This document shows positions 29,230 to 41,384 of a stretch of 64,000 nt of DNA, piece after piece. Below the pieces are notes generated by a model. The model did no database searches and was not told where the DNA came from. It saw nothing but the letters and a program-made list of their open reading frames with translations. Position 1 is the first letter of the stretch. Each line of letters starts with the position of its first letter. A program made the position numbers and the translations under genes. Origin of the DNA: the human T2T-CHM13v2.0 reference genome, Homo sapiens; the NCBI RefSeq assembly GCF_009914755.1, contig NC_060946.1. One strand, given 5' to 3'.

Positions 29230-29570
29230 AATGATGCTGTTTTAGCCTCAGGACCTTGCACTTGCTGTGTTCTCCACCAGGAATGTGCTGCAATCTGCGC
29301 TTGGTGTCTGTCTCATCATTCCTTTCTCTACTTAAATGTCTCCTATTCTAGGAACCCATCCCTGATCATTCAAAAAGAATTTGCCTCTTTTACTCTCAAA
29401 TCACCTTGCTTTATCTTCCTCATAGAATTAAAGCTCTCTGAAATTCCTATTTATTAATGACTTTATGGTCTATTTCTCATCTGTACAAAATAAGCTCTAG
29501 AGAGCAAGAACTTTGTCTTGTTCACTGTGTATTATCAGTGCCCAGAACAGTGCCTGACATATGCACTATC
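29230..29570 (+). mobile_element. L2 3' fragment
   Basis: CTCAGGACCTTGCACTTGCTGT...TAAGCTCTAGAGAGCAAGAACTTTGTCTTGTTCACTG...CAGTGCCTGACATA. Confidence 0.75.
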
Positions 29571-29925
29571 CTAAGTGCTTTATAATGATTGTGTCATTGA
29601 TTGCTAAATGATAGCCTTTTGTTGAAATGATTACTGGAAGGTTAATTCAGTTGTTCAAAATCACACCACTGCTAGTTAGTGGCAGATAAACCATTTAAAT
29701 TGAGGCTTGTTGGGTTTGAAGGTCCAGGCTTTTAACTGCTCTGCTAAACTGCCTCCCCTGGCATACAGCATTAATTTTGGAAGTGGTTTGGGCCCTTGTG
29801 TTGCCAGACTTCACTAGACTGTCAGCCCTGGAGAGCCAGAGACAGAGTCTGTTGCATCCACAGCACTCAGCACTGCTTGCCACGTGGTAGCCATTCAATA
29901 AATAGTAAATGCTCAAACAGTATTT

Positions 29926-30142
29926 GTAGATAGATGGACAGATGGGTGAGTGGGTGGGTGGTTGAGTGGATGGATGGGTAGATGAATGGATGAATGGAAG
30001 GGAGGAGGGAAGGAAGAAAAGAAGACAGAAAGGGAGGAAAGAAGGAAGGGTAGGTAGAGGGATAGATAAATTGCTGGATGGATGCATGGACTAGTAAATA
30101 CATGGACAAATAGGTGGGTGTGTAGATAGGTGGGTAGATGAA
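29926..30142. repeat. Degenerate (GGAT/GGGT/GGAA)n tract
   Basis: Direct reading; follows an L2-like tail. Confidence 0.85.
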
Positions 30143-31428
30143 TAAGGAAACAGAGTCCCAGAGAGACTGGTGACTCACTTAATATCACACAGCATTAGCC
30201 TTTAGTCCATCAGTTCATGGGATCTTCTCTATAACCCTAGGAAATAAGTGCCATAATATCCCCTCATCCACGAGGATATTATTATCCATTTATGTCAATC
30301 ACTCCATGTGATAAGTGTTATTTTTATCCCTACTTCTCAGAAGAGGAAAATAAAGCTCAGAGAGGTTAAGTAACTTGCCCTTGTCATCCTATAAGGAAGA
30401 GGCAAGGCTAGGATATAACCCTTTGTCACCACTGTACTAATTTTAACCGCATAAGAGCTGATGCTCTGTTTATCACATGGCAAAATATAAGGTGAATAGA
30501 ATTGTAGGCACACATCATCTAATCAGCAGAGAAGCTAAAATTATCTCCCCAGGTGGCATTGGGTAGGAGGAAGCTCACTCTGACACCAGAATCTAGGCAG
30601 GATGTGCCCTATTAGACAGACCACAACATCACTGCCATGGAAACAGTAAAAGGTAAAAGGTAAACCAAGTGTGTGATATCGAGCAAGTTACTTTGCCTCC
30701 CTGGCCCTCAGTTTCCTCATCTGTAAAATGGCTATCAAAATTGTGATTGCAGATTTTCATCTGCAAACTGTTCTAGTCCCTTTCAGAATTCTATTTCTAT
30801 TATGCTATTTCTTCTTCCAAAAATAGTCTTGATACTGCTCCTAAATAATCACTTTATGTTCCCAACATCACAATCTCAGATAATCAGGTCTGTGTCTCAT
30901 TTCCTCAAGACTTTTCTCTGTGCCTTGTTTTAGCCAGCAAATGGAATGAGTAAATCACGGTCCATATGTTCAATGGGTTAATGGTTTACAGTGTCACTTC
31001 TTCCACATAAGACACCTGCATGCAAGCAATGATCTAGAAGTTCAATGTACTTACCAAAGTGAGTAACCCCATTGATGGACTTTTAGTGATGTGGTCCTTC
31101 TGGTAGTGATGAGAGGTTGAAGCTTCAGCAGGTAGCAACCAAATCATAGCACAGAGGCAGCCACCAAATTTCTGGGAAGTAGGCTGTGAAGGTGAAATGG
31201 GTTCTGGCTCTGTAGTCAGGGCTGCCCTTGAATCTGCCAAATCCCACCGCTTCCTGACTGAGTGACCTTGGCTGGGTTGGGACCCCCCATAAAAAATCAG
31301 ATACTTATCTTTCAGATGGCAATAACCACACCTCGTTTTCAGGAAGATTATGAAATTGAAATGAGAGACCATGCTCGGTGTGGGACAGCACCTGGCAAAC
31401 AGTGGATTCTTTACACAATAGTTTCCTT

Positions 31429-32063
31429 CTCAGTTGGGTTGTTTGGTTTTTTTTCCTGTAAATTTGTTTAAGTTCCTTATAGATGCTGGATATTAGACTT
31501 TTGCAGATGCATAGTTTGTAAAATTTTTCTCCCATTCTGTAGGTTGTCTGACATTACTGGGTATATACCCAAAGGAATATAAATTGTTCTATTATAAAGA
31601 CACATGCCCATGTATGTTCATTGCAGCACTATTCACAAGAGCAAAGACATGGAATCAACCTAAATGCTCATCAATGAATGAGCATATATACGGTACATAT
31701 ACACCATGGAATACTATGCAGTCATAAAAAAGAATGAGATCATGTTCTTTGCAAAAACATGAATGGAGCTGGAGACCATTATCCTTAGCACACTAATGCA
31801 GGAACAGAAAACCAAATATCACAAGTTCTCACTTATAGGTGGGAGCTAAATGATGAGAGCACACAGACACATAGAGGGGAACAACACACACAGAGGCCTA
31901 CCAGAGGGTGGAAGGCAGGAGGAGGGAGAGGATCAGAAAAAAATTACTATTGAGTACCAGGCTTAATACCTGGTTGGTGAAATCATCTGTACAACAAACT
32001 CCCATGACACAAGTTTGCACACATAACAAACCTGCACAAGTACCCCTGAACCTAGGAATTAAA
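31429..32063 (+). mobile_element. L1PA (older primate subfamily) 3' end with inverted 5' segment
   Basis: 31429-31550 is reverse-strand ORF2 sequence and 31551-32063 is forward ORF2 end plus 3' UTR. TSD AATAGTTTCCTT at 31417-31428 and 32064-32075. Confidence 0.9.
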
Positions 32064-33736
32064 AATAGTTTCCTTGCCTCCAAGTATGGAGCTAAACTAC
32101 CTCTTCGTTTTTCTCTCGCTCGCTTTCTTCCCTTTCCCCTCCTCCTCCATCTTCCTTGCTTCTTTAGGTTTCCATTGAACAAGTCTCACTGAGCACCCGC
32201 TGCATGCCTGCATTATACTATACAGAGCCTGAGCGTATAGCCACAAACAGGCAAGGTCATTCCACAGAGAGCTGGCAGCCTCATACAGTAAAGCATGGAG
32301 TGCTTCATCTTCTCCAAAGGAGAAATCAGCACTCCTGCATCCCTGCCTCAGCCACCTTCTTTATAAAAGCCAGTTGGGTTTACTGCCAGGAATGGAAACC
32401 TCTTGCAGCTGAAGATAGGATTTTATGGGGGGGCTCTCTGTCCCCCAAAGCCTGAGGCAGGTCTGGGCCTATAGTCAGTGGCCTGTAAAAGAGCATTGTT
32501 TGAGTGAGTAAATGGGGAAGCTCTGGGTGTGGAGCGTCTTCTGAAACCCTGGGCCAGAGTGCTTCTCCTTCCCTCCTCCATCCAGTGTTCACCTCCCCCA
32601 CCCATTCTTTCTAGGGACTCCCGGCTCCACCACGCTGCTAAAGACATATTCCTCCCCCTGTTGCTGCCTGCAACCTTCTCTCCATCTGCTCCCTCTGCCT
32701 GTTCAGGCTGCAGTGTGTAGATAGTATGGCAAGGTAGGGTAGGGGGAGGAGGACAGCTTCTAAATTGGGTGAGAGGCCTGTAAAGCCTGACCGGTCTGCC
32801 AAGGCTACGCAGGGAGAGACAGTCAGTCTCCAGGACTGTGCATAAGCTTGTCCCCACCTAGCTCTCTGCCAATGTCTGTCCCCAAGTATCTGTTTATCTC
32901 CCTCATTGATTGTCCCTCACTACCTCTATTTGTGGAGAAAAGACTTTGCTTGAGAATCAGGCCTGGGCAAGAATGCTGCAGAGGTGGGCCTTGTAGTCCT
33001 GCTCAGATAGGGAAGCGGGTACAGGAAGAGGCAAGCGGCTGACCTGAGAGGAAGCCTCGCAGCGCTAGTGCCCTGCCGGCAGTGGGGTTATGGGAGACAG
33101 GGCTCAGATTAAAAAGTGGAGGTGGATCTTAATTTAGAGTTCGTGATTGGGCTTCAGAGGGGTCCAGACCCCCTCGTGTTAGATGCACGATTTTGTGGCT
33201 ATGTGTAGTGTTCTAGTAGATTCACAGCTGTCACCAGATCCACAGAGTTACAGACTTTCTAGGTTATGGGGACTCACTTTGGAAGCAGTGAGGCCCTGGC
33301 GGGGAAGCAGGCTGGCTGGATCCCAGAGGGCTCTGGAAAGAACTGGAACTGGGATGTATCTGGAAGGCTGGGCAGGCAATGGAAAGCTCCGGGCTGCTCA
33401 TAAGCTCGGTTTCCAGGGCTCCATCTCACCGTCTGGAAAATGGTCCGGGTGCTCTCCAGCCTGGCCTGGCCAGGCAGAGCTGCTGGGAGCGTCAGCAGGG
33501 AGAGAAAACGCTCGGCTCCCAGGACGCAAGGGGAATTGGCGTTAAACTTTGCAGGGCCGACGGGCCGGCGGCCAGAGGAGGCGGCTGGCACCCCCGGCGC
33601 CGCCGCGGCCCCTCCAGCTCACTGCCCGCTCGCCCGCCCCCTCCCTCCCTGCACTCGCTCGGCACAGACTCGGCCCCAGCCCCCTCCCTCCTCCCGCTCG
33701 CTCCACGCTCGTTCGCTCGCTCGCCGGCTCCTCCTC

Positions 33737-33944
33737 ACTCGCCCGCCCGCGCCCGGCGCAGCTCGGCCAGAGCGACCGCGGGGCTGAGCGCGCGTCCGCC
33801 CAGGGGGCTCCGGAAGCTGCCCCGGCCCGCGGCCTCCTCCCTCGCTCCCGCTTCCCCTTTCTCGCTCACCGCCGCCCTCCTTCCCCAGCTCCCTCGCCGT
33901 CCGCCCGCCCCACAGCCAGCGGCTCCGCGCCCCCTGCAGCCACG
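33737..33944 (+). other. SEZ6L: Probable 5' UTR of SEZ6L exon 1 (TSS approximate)
   Basis: GC-rich and free of upstream ATG. Inr-like TCACTC has its A at 33737, consistent with my recollection of a ~200-nt UTR. The exact TSS cannot be proven from sequence. Confidence 0.55.
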
Positions 33945-34038
33945 ATGCCCGCGGCCCGGCCGCCCGCCGCGGGACTCCGCGGGATCTCGCTGTTCCTCGC
34001 TCTGCTCCTGGGGAGCCCGGCGGCAGCGCTGGAGCGAG
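33945..34038 (+). CDS. SEZ6L: SEZ6L exon 1 coding part (signal peptide region, 31 codons + 1 nt, phase-1 intron)
   Basis: GCCACGATG start (A at -3) encodes MPAARPPAAGLRGISLFLALLLGSPAAALER, which I recognise as the SEZ6L N-terminus. It has a hydrophobic signal-peptide core and ends at a GAG|GTAAGC donor (GT at 34039-34040), inside a CpG island. Confidence 0.95.
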
Positions 34039-35246
34039 GTAAGCGCCCCGAGGGGCGGGGCGGGCAGGGGGCAAAGTTGCCGGGAGAGCGGGGCAGCCAG
34101 GGGTCGGGGCTGACCAGGGCGACTCAGGCACCACCCGCCGGGATGGGAAGCGGTGGTGGCTGTCCAAAATCGGGGCTAGGAACCGCACGTCCCCTTGGCC
34201 CGGGCTGATGGGAGTGTGGAGGCGGGGATGTGTTGAAGGACTCGGGCGCTTCCCTGCTTCGGCTGCGGGCTCCCTTTCGGTCTTCCCCGGCTGCGGGGCT
34301 GATTCTCCTTTGCAGCCAAAGAGGTTCTCCTTGGAGTGGGGTCGCCTCCAAACCCCAAATTCCCGGCGCTTCTCTGCAACCGCACCCGGGGCTAGGTGCC
34401 AGATAATTATCTTCCTCTCCGGGAGAGGACAGGAAGGGGGGTGAGAAGCTGACCCACCCTGCAACTGAGGACTAGACTCAAACAGTGCATTTGCCGCTCC
34501 CCCCGACACCACAGAAACCCTTGACTCCTTTGGTTCAGGCTACCCCGAGGGTCTGTGTTCCTGGATCGATCTCAGCCAAGCGTCAGGATACCGGACTTGG
34601 GTGTGGCTTTCGCTAGAGGCCGGTGGAGGGGGCTGAGGGCTCTGAGAACTTGGTAGGGGAGGGAGAAGAGATGTTAGTTAGCAGTTGGGAACCTGAACGG
34701 GCTCCCCTCTACTCTCTCCCCTACTGCCTAGCATCTCTGATCACTGTTAGGAATGGGGGGTGAGGGGTGTTAGTTTCATCTACCACGTGTTTGTTGAAGG
34801 GGAAGAGGGGCCCAAATTTAGCAGAGAATGACAGCTCCTCTTTCTCAGACCTGGAACCATACCCTCTCTCCACCCCGGTAAGGTACCCCAGGAAAAGTTA
34901 TGGGTGGGGGAGAGGGCCAGATAGAGAGAGGGGTGCAACGCCTAACTCACCCAAAGCTAACCCTCAGAGCTTCGGGGGTTTTCTCAGGCACCTAGGAGAC
35001 CCGAAAATCAATGGGAGGGTTAGTTGGCCACAGGACCCGGCCTTCTTGCAAGGTCCCAGAAATGCGCTCCTCACGTGTAAAAAAGCAGACAGCTGCAGGG
35101 TCTGCCCAGGCTGAAGACAGAGGGAGCGCAGGCACTATGCTTATCTGGGGCTCCGCCTCTGTCATTTGCACCGTCTTGACTCGGAGTTGGGGGACAGGCG
35201 GTGTTCTTCTCCGGGGAGTTCTGGACCCCCAGCGCGCGCACCTGCT

Positions 35247-35274
35247 TTCAGCACCAAAGGCCCTGGACAGCTCT
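35247..35274 (+). promoter_or_regulatory. Candidate non-canonical RE1/NRSE (REST site), 9-bp spacer
   Basis: TTCAGCACC-aaaggccct-GGACAGCTCT: perfect left half-site and good right half-site. Confidence 0.6.
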
Positions 35275-37903
35275 CAGCTCCATGGGCCCTGGCTCTGGGT
35301 CCCTTTCCCTTCAACCCTTCCCGGTGGCCTGGAGTGCCCCCCTCAGCATAAATCAGGCATTTTATCCCCCATCTCCCCGTCTTTTTAAATGTAGAGCCCA
35401 GAGTGCAGAGCAAAGGAAATTGTTCATCACCTTTTGTTTAACAAAGCATATCATTGAAGAACCCCCACCCCTTTTTTATGGGGCAATAATGTCCACAATT
35501 TACACCAGGTCTGGACAGTTTCTCTGGGAAAGATAGGGAAAGAGATTTGGTTTAAACAAATCGTTTCCACCACAGCATGGCCTTTCTTAATTAGCTGTCT
35601 CTTTCTAACAATGGCTTGGTGGCCTTGAACTGAGTCCAGCTCTCCCTCCCCCACCCCCTTTTGAATCTGTGTTGTGACTAACACACATATAAAAAGAACC
35701 TGAATCTACCCAGCAGCTTACTGGATTTTCTAAAGCAGTTCTACCTCTGAGAACTCCACTCTCCAATACACCACCTTGCAGGGAAAAAAAAATTGTCTTA
35801 ATGGCACGTATTGAATTGTCATCTAAGACAAGGATTTCCTATTCTGTTTCCTTCACGGGCTGCAAACACATTGTAAGAGCAGGGGGAGACATGTGTGTGT
35901 TTTAATTTTTAAGACATTTCATACTATTTTTCCAACTGCTCAACACCATGGCTAGCCAGCATATTTTTTAAATTGACTTCAGGTCACCACCAAATTAAAG
36001 TCAATTGATGTGCTACTTCAGAAAGCTCATTAATAAGTGTGTGGTTCTGACTCTGAGTCATAAGGAGGGAGTGATACTGGCCAATGAGCATTGCCGAGTC
36101 TGATGGTGCATTTGGAGACAATTGACCTTCCACAATAAATTCTATTTTTAATGTAGAGCCCAACATCCACTAATGTCAGATGGAGAACCATTCACCTAAC
36201 TCGTTGTTGCGAACTAGTTCTTCTGCTTGCGGTGAAGTGAGGGGATTTGTAAATACTCAAAAGGGACTTGTTGCTACATTCTGATGCAGGTCACGTGGTT
36301 CTCTGGGCCATTTCGCTGTAAGGCATGAATAAGTATAAAGTATAACTTGTTTTTGAAGAGCCTCCTTATTGTCTCAGATATGCACATGGGGAATAATTGT
36401 AACTACATGCAAAGACTGCAAAGCCTAAGAATAATTTCTTTTCTTTTTCTCTTGAATTAATAAGGCAAATTCAGTATTGCTCAATAAGGCTCAAATTTGC
36501 TGCTTCCCCAGTCTCTAACGTGTGTTGTGGTTAGATTCACTTAAAGACTATTTTCATTATGGATTGGCATTATTTTCCATAGAGTTTTGCCCGTTCCTGC
36601 CAGGGGCCACCGTATCTAAGCTTGAGGGATTCATCTTGTGTTCATATGGCTCAGTTAGGTATTAAGAAAATAATGTTACATTCCTTTCCTTCCCCTTCCA
36701 GGGCAAAAGGATATTTTCTGATCAGAGTGGCTTGTTTTCTTATTTTTGCTTACAAGTCCATTCCTGCAAGCTGTTCAAATGAGCTCGATTTACTGGCCCT
36801 CCTATTCTGTCCAGAGACAATTTATCCAATATACCTACTGTGCAGACCTCCACTAGGGGCGCTCCAAGATCTAGCTGGCGACTAAGGGCAGAAGAGAGGG
36901 GAATTCTGACCTGTGAACAACCAGGTGTGTGCAACACCAAAGGTCAGCAGAATGGAGCTCCTCTCAGCCTGGAGGCCTTGCTATCATCTCTCCCCTCCCT
37001 CTTTCTGATTACTACATTTTATTACTGTTTCTCAGAGAAAAATTATTGGTCACCCTTGACACACGCAGTGAAAAAGAGAAAGAAAAGGTAAAAAGAAGCC
37101 CGGAGAATGCTCCAAGGAAAATGTCAATCCAACTGCCCTTTTTGTATTTTTGCAGTTTTCTTCATGAAGCCAAATTGCAAAACATCCAAGAGGCTGTGGA
37201 AAGGCTGTTCTGGGGAGTTTGACTGAACTGGGCACTGGAATTAGATTTATAAAGTCCAGGAAAAGAAGTGCAGCTCCATAATTAGAGTGACCTGGGTCCA
37301 GAGGCCAGCTCCATTGTCTATTAACACATGGCCTTCAGCAGAACTATTTTATCTGAACTCCCATTTCACCATCTGAGGAATGGGGGCAGGGCAAGGAGGA
37401 CTGATGATACCAGCCTGGAAGGATGGCTGCAGGGATTACATAATGCATGTAAAAGCAGCTGGCACGGAGTAGGTGCTCAAGTAATGTTTATTTCTTTCTT
37501 TCCCTGCTTTCCAAAGGGCAAACTGCTCCTATTAGTAGACACCAAGAAAACAAATCTCTGCGATTGGCATGAAGCAGATGTTGGTGTAAATATTGGGATA
37601 ATTCAGGCTAAAGTAGAAAGGGGTTGAAGGGCATAGTGAGTAACTCCAGTTACCTGTATTCTCACCTTTGGCAGATGAGAATTTGACCTTGCCTGGTGCA
37701 GACACCCTTCCCTTCCAAACTCTCATGCTGTTTCTTTTTGAACCTAAATATTACCATCAGGAATCAGAGTTCATGGTACTGGAGATCGAGCGGATGCAGG
37801 AGAGCAGGTTAATGGTTGGGAAGAAGACATAAGAAGCAAGTCTTCTGGAAAAAGATATTTGCCCTTTCATTCATTCATTTGAATTTACCGAGCACTTCCT
37901 ATG

Positions 37904-38284
37904 TGTCTTAGTTCAACCTGCTATAACAAAAATGCCTTAGATAGGGTGGCTTAAACAACAGAAATTTATTTCTCACATTTCTGGAGGCTGGGAAGTCCAA
38001 GCTCAGGGCGCCAACAGACTCAGTATCTGGTGAGTGTCTGTCATCTCTCTTTCTGCTTTGCAGACAGCCACTTTCTAGCTGAATTCTCATATGGCCAAGA
38101 GGGACAGAGAGCCCGGGTCTCCTCATCTTAGAAATGAACTAATCTTTATCATGGGGGCCCTATCTTTATGATTTCATTTTAACCTAATTAATTCCCAAAG
38201 GCTCCACCTCCAAATGTCATTACATTGGTGATAAGGCCATCAACGTATTGATTTAGGGGGGACACAGACATTTGATCTATAGCA
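37904..38284 (-). mobile_element. MLT1A/B-type MaLR solo LTR inserted in an L2
   Basis: TGTCTTAGTT...GGCTTAAACAACAGAAATTTATTTCTCAC...TATAGCA with 5-bp TSD CTATG/CTACG. Confidence 0.85.
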
Positions 38285-40324
38285 CTACGCATGCGGTAGA
38301 CCTTGTTTTGGGTGCTGGAGTACTATAATATGATAAGGCTCCTGCCCCAGTAATGGCAGCCTAGCAAGAGACATCTGCAGGTAAACTACTACCATCCGTG
38401 CCATGTGGTAAGTTCTTTGGTGGGGGGATATCAGACATCTATGGGACCTCACGTGGATGTGTTTAATTCTCACCAGGGGTGGTCAGTGAAGGCTTCCTGG
38501 AGCACGTAGCATTTGAACTGGCCCTGAAGGGGATAGGACAGGTACCAGCAGCCAGAGGAGAAATTTCTACAGTAGGATAGGGAAAATCCTGAAGGCTTCA
38601 CTCTCAGAACACATCACACCCCCGCGGAATTGGAGAGAGGAAACAGAGGAGCGAGTGGGAGGAGAAAGTAGGCAGGTGCACATGCTCACGCTCAAAAAAA
38701 AGATAATCTGTCGGACCTGCCTGTCCTCCCTGCTCTCCCCTGAACTTCACGGGCTGGGTAGACGAGAGCTGGAACAAAGGACTTTGAGCCGCGGTGTTCG
38801 CTGTTGTCCACTAGAGGTTGTGATGACACCGAAGGAATCTTCTCAGAAGGGAGCGAGGCCCAGCTGCTGAGCACAGACAGCATCACACAACCCTGGGTAA
38901 ACACTGCTTTAGTGGATTTGCATGTTTGCATAATCCTCTGGTTACTGTAGTTCCTTAGAAGCATCCCTTTGGTGGCTGTGACAAGAGGGAGCAGGGCAGG
39001 GAATAGGACTGCTTTGAGGAAAGGGTAAAAGTATGGTGAGTTGGGAGGAGGTCAGTGGACGCACGAGATATAATTTACTAGAACATGGCAAGGACTGAGT
39101 TTAAGCAATGCAAACAGCATTTATTGAGTGTTGATTTTGTGCCAAGCCTTATAATAAGTGCTTTATATAGATATGTGCAGAGAATTCTCACAATAGCCCA
39201 TGAGAGAGATGCAGTTGTTATCTGCATTGTATGGACTGGGGAAACTGAGGTACTGAGAGGTTAAGCAATGCCTAACATCACAAAGGGATTGAAGTCCAGC
39301 CTCAGATCCAGGCTGGTGTCAGAATCATGACATCAAGTCCCACTACTACCTTTTATATCCTGCATTCCCCAAGACCACATGCAGATTCTGATGGTTCATA
39401 GGAAGGGATGGTGTGTGTTTGCCAGATGCGCATGGGATGTGTACTCAATGCCTAACACAGTCCCTGGCACACATAGCAAGCATTTAAGTAAAGCTGGTCA
39501 AATTGAAGTGAGTCATAAGGTAAAACAGGTTACAATTTTATTTATAGGCAACTAATTCACAATCATTATAGTTACTGAGCATTTACTATATCTCAGGCAC
39601 TTACGTTGGTTATTTTAATTAATTTTAACAATATCATTTCATTTTATAGATGAGGAAACCAAGGCTTAGAGAAGCTGAGTTATGCATAGGTAAGGTTTAA
39701 ATCCTTGGTGCCTTCCAAGCTGGGTCCTTCTGTATTTCTAAATGAAATGTGTGAGAAAGACCGTTTCACCATTAATGTGCAGATAGTCTGGATGGGTAAG
39801 TGCACCAAACTCCAAACACTGACAGGACAGAAACCAAAACCAACCCTCAGTAGTTCCCAAAAAAGATGAACATAGGGATTATTCTTTCCAGTTGAGGAAA
39901 GGAGAAGACCTCGTAAAAGAGAGTGAGCAGTCCAGCTGGTTCATTGGTTGACACCGAGATTATGTGACTGCTTGCAATTTCTCAAGTTTCCAGGTCACCC
40001 AACCATTAATGGAGAACTCACATTGTATAAAATTGGTTTCTGTAAGCCCCTAAATTCAGGACCTAACCTAAACCATTTCCTATCTATGAGTCTCAATTTT
40101 TCCTTCTGTAAAATGGATCACAATAATCACTACCACATTCATCAAGCTGTCCTTACAGGGCTGGGATGGGACAAGAGAGTTAAGATGCTTTGCACATACC
40201 AAGAAATCAGTCCTTGAGGAAGTAAGTGCTGGCATGGAAGGCTGAAGACCTCAAACACCCCCATGTGTTTCTTCCTGGGCTGGTTATAGCCAGCATTATA
40301 GCAAATATAACACTGCTGTTTGCC

Positions 40325-40550
40325 ATTGATTGTGGACCTACTCTGTGCCAGGGGGCTGTCTTTGTGCTTTTCCTGTATTCACGTATTTGATCCTCATGTG
40401 TTCCTATCAGGTGGTATGATAAACTAGATTTTACAGATAAGGCAACTGGGTCAGAACGGTACAAGCACTTGCTCAGGGTCTCATGGACAATGAGCGGTGG
40501 AGTCAGGATTCAACCCCAGAACTTTTGATTCCAAAGCCCACGCTTGTTCT
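40325..40550 (-). mobile_element. MIR
   Basis: ATTTTACAGATAAGGCAACTG...GGAGTCAGGATTCAACCCCAG...ATTCCAAAGCCC. Confidence 0.75.
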
Positions 40551-41384
40551 AAATACTGGGGCATGAAGATGTGGGTATCACATAGCACAGAGCAAAATGG
40601 AAATGGAGAGCTGATGCAAGCCTGGAGATCAAGGTGGTTTGACAGGACTCCAAGAGGAGAGATGCTTTCTCATCCAGTGGCAAATGCCAGGTGTCCCAAG
40701 TCAGCTTTCTGAGACAGAAAACAGTTTATCCCAGCCTCTTTCATACCTACTTTGATGGCTTGTGCGTGAGCCTTATTCTCATCTTACTCATGCTATTCCT
40801 GCAGCCTGGACTGTCATCCTAGAGGAGCGCATGGCTGGTTGTGTAGAGAGGACTAAATCAAGTTCCCAACTGGCTGATTTTAACAGTATGATCTTGAGCT
40901 ATTTACTTTAGTTCTCTAGGCCTGTTTTGGCCTGATATATAAAATGAGAGGATTAGATTTACATTACAAGATTGTTAAGACTCGTCAATATATGTGCATA
41001 TTCATAGCTCATTGCAAGCACTCAATAAAAATTTGCCATTATTGCTCTACTATTAACCTGGTAAACTTCTATTCATCCTTCAGAACCCAGTCCTAATTCT
41101 CCTTTTCTGTGAAGTCTTCTCTTGCTTCTCTCCTGTCTATGCCAATTATGAATGATCCTCTTGACCCCTTATCACATTTTATCCCTCTACTATGGGTAAT
41201 TCATACACTGATAATGCCTGAGTTGCCAATTTACATAACTCCCTCCCCCTAAACAATGAACTCTTAGAAAACCTCAACTGAATCTTACTCATTCATATGC
41301 CCCTTAGCCTGTATCTAATCAGGTATAAATTCTCAACCCATTATGTTAAATTACTTTTCCTCTTAATCTTAGTTTTGGGGAGGT

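Larger units (their letters stand above)
33490..34400. promoter_or_regulatory. CpG-island promoter of SEZ6L
   Basis: Abrupt rise in GC and CpG density with GC boxes (CCGCCC/GGGGCGGGG). No TATA box. It surrounds the first exon. Confidence 0.92.

Noticed and set aside
25000-33700. Divergent antisense lncRNA from the CpG island
   Set aside because: Plausible for such promoters, but exon structure cannot be supported from sequence alone.
33379-34512. Long overlapping ORFs (244, 219 and 297 aa) across the CpG island
   Set aside because: Stop-poor GC-rich sequence gives Pro/Ala/Arg/Gly ORFs. Only 33945-34038 is genuine. The 219-aa ORF starts at TTG upstream of the likely TSS and reads through the splice donor.
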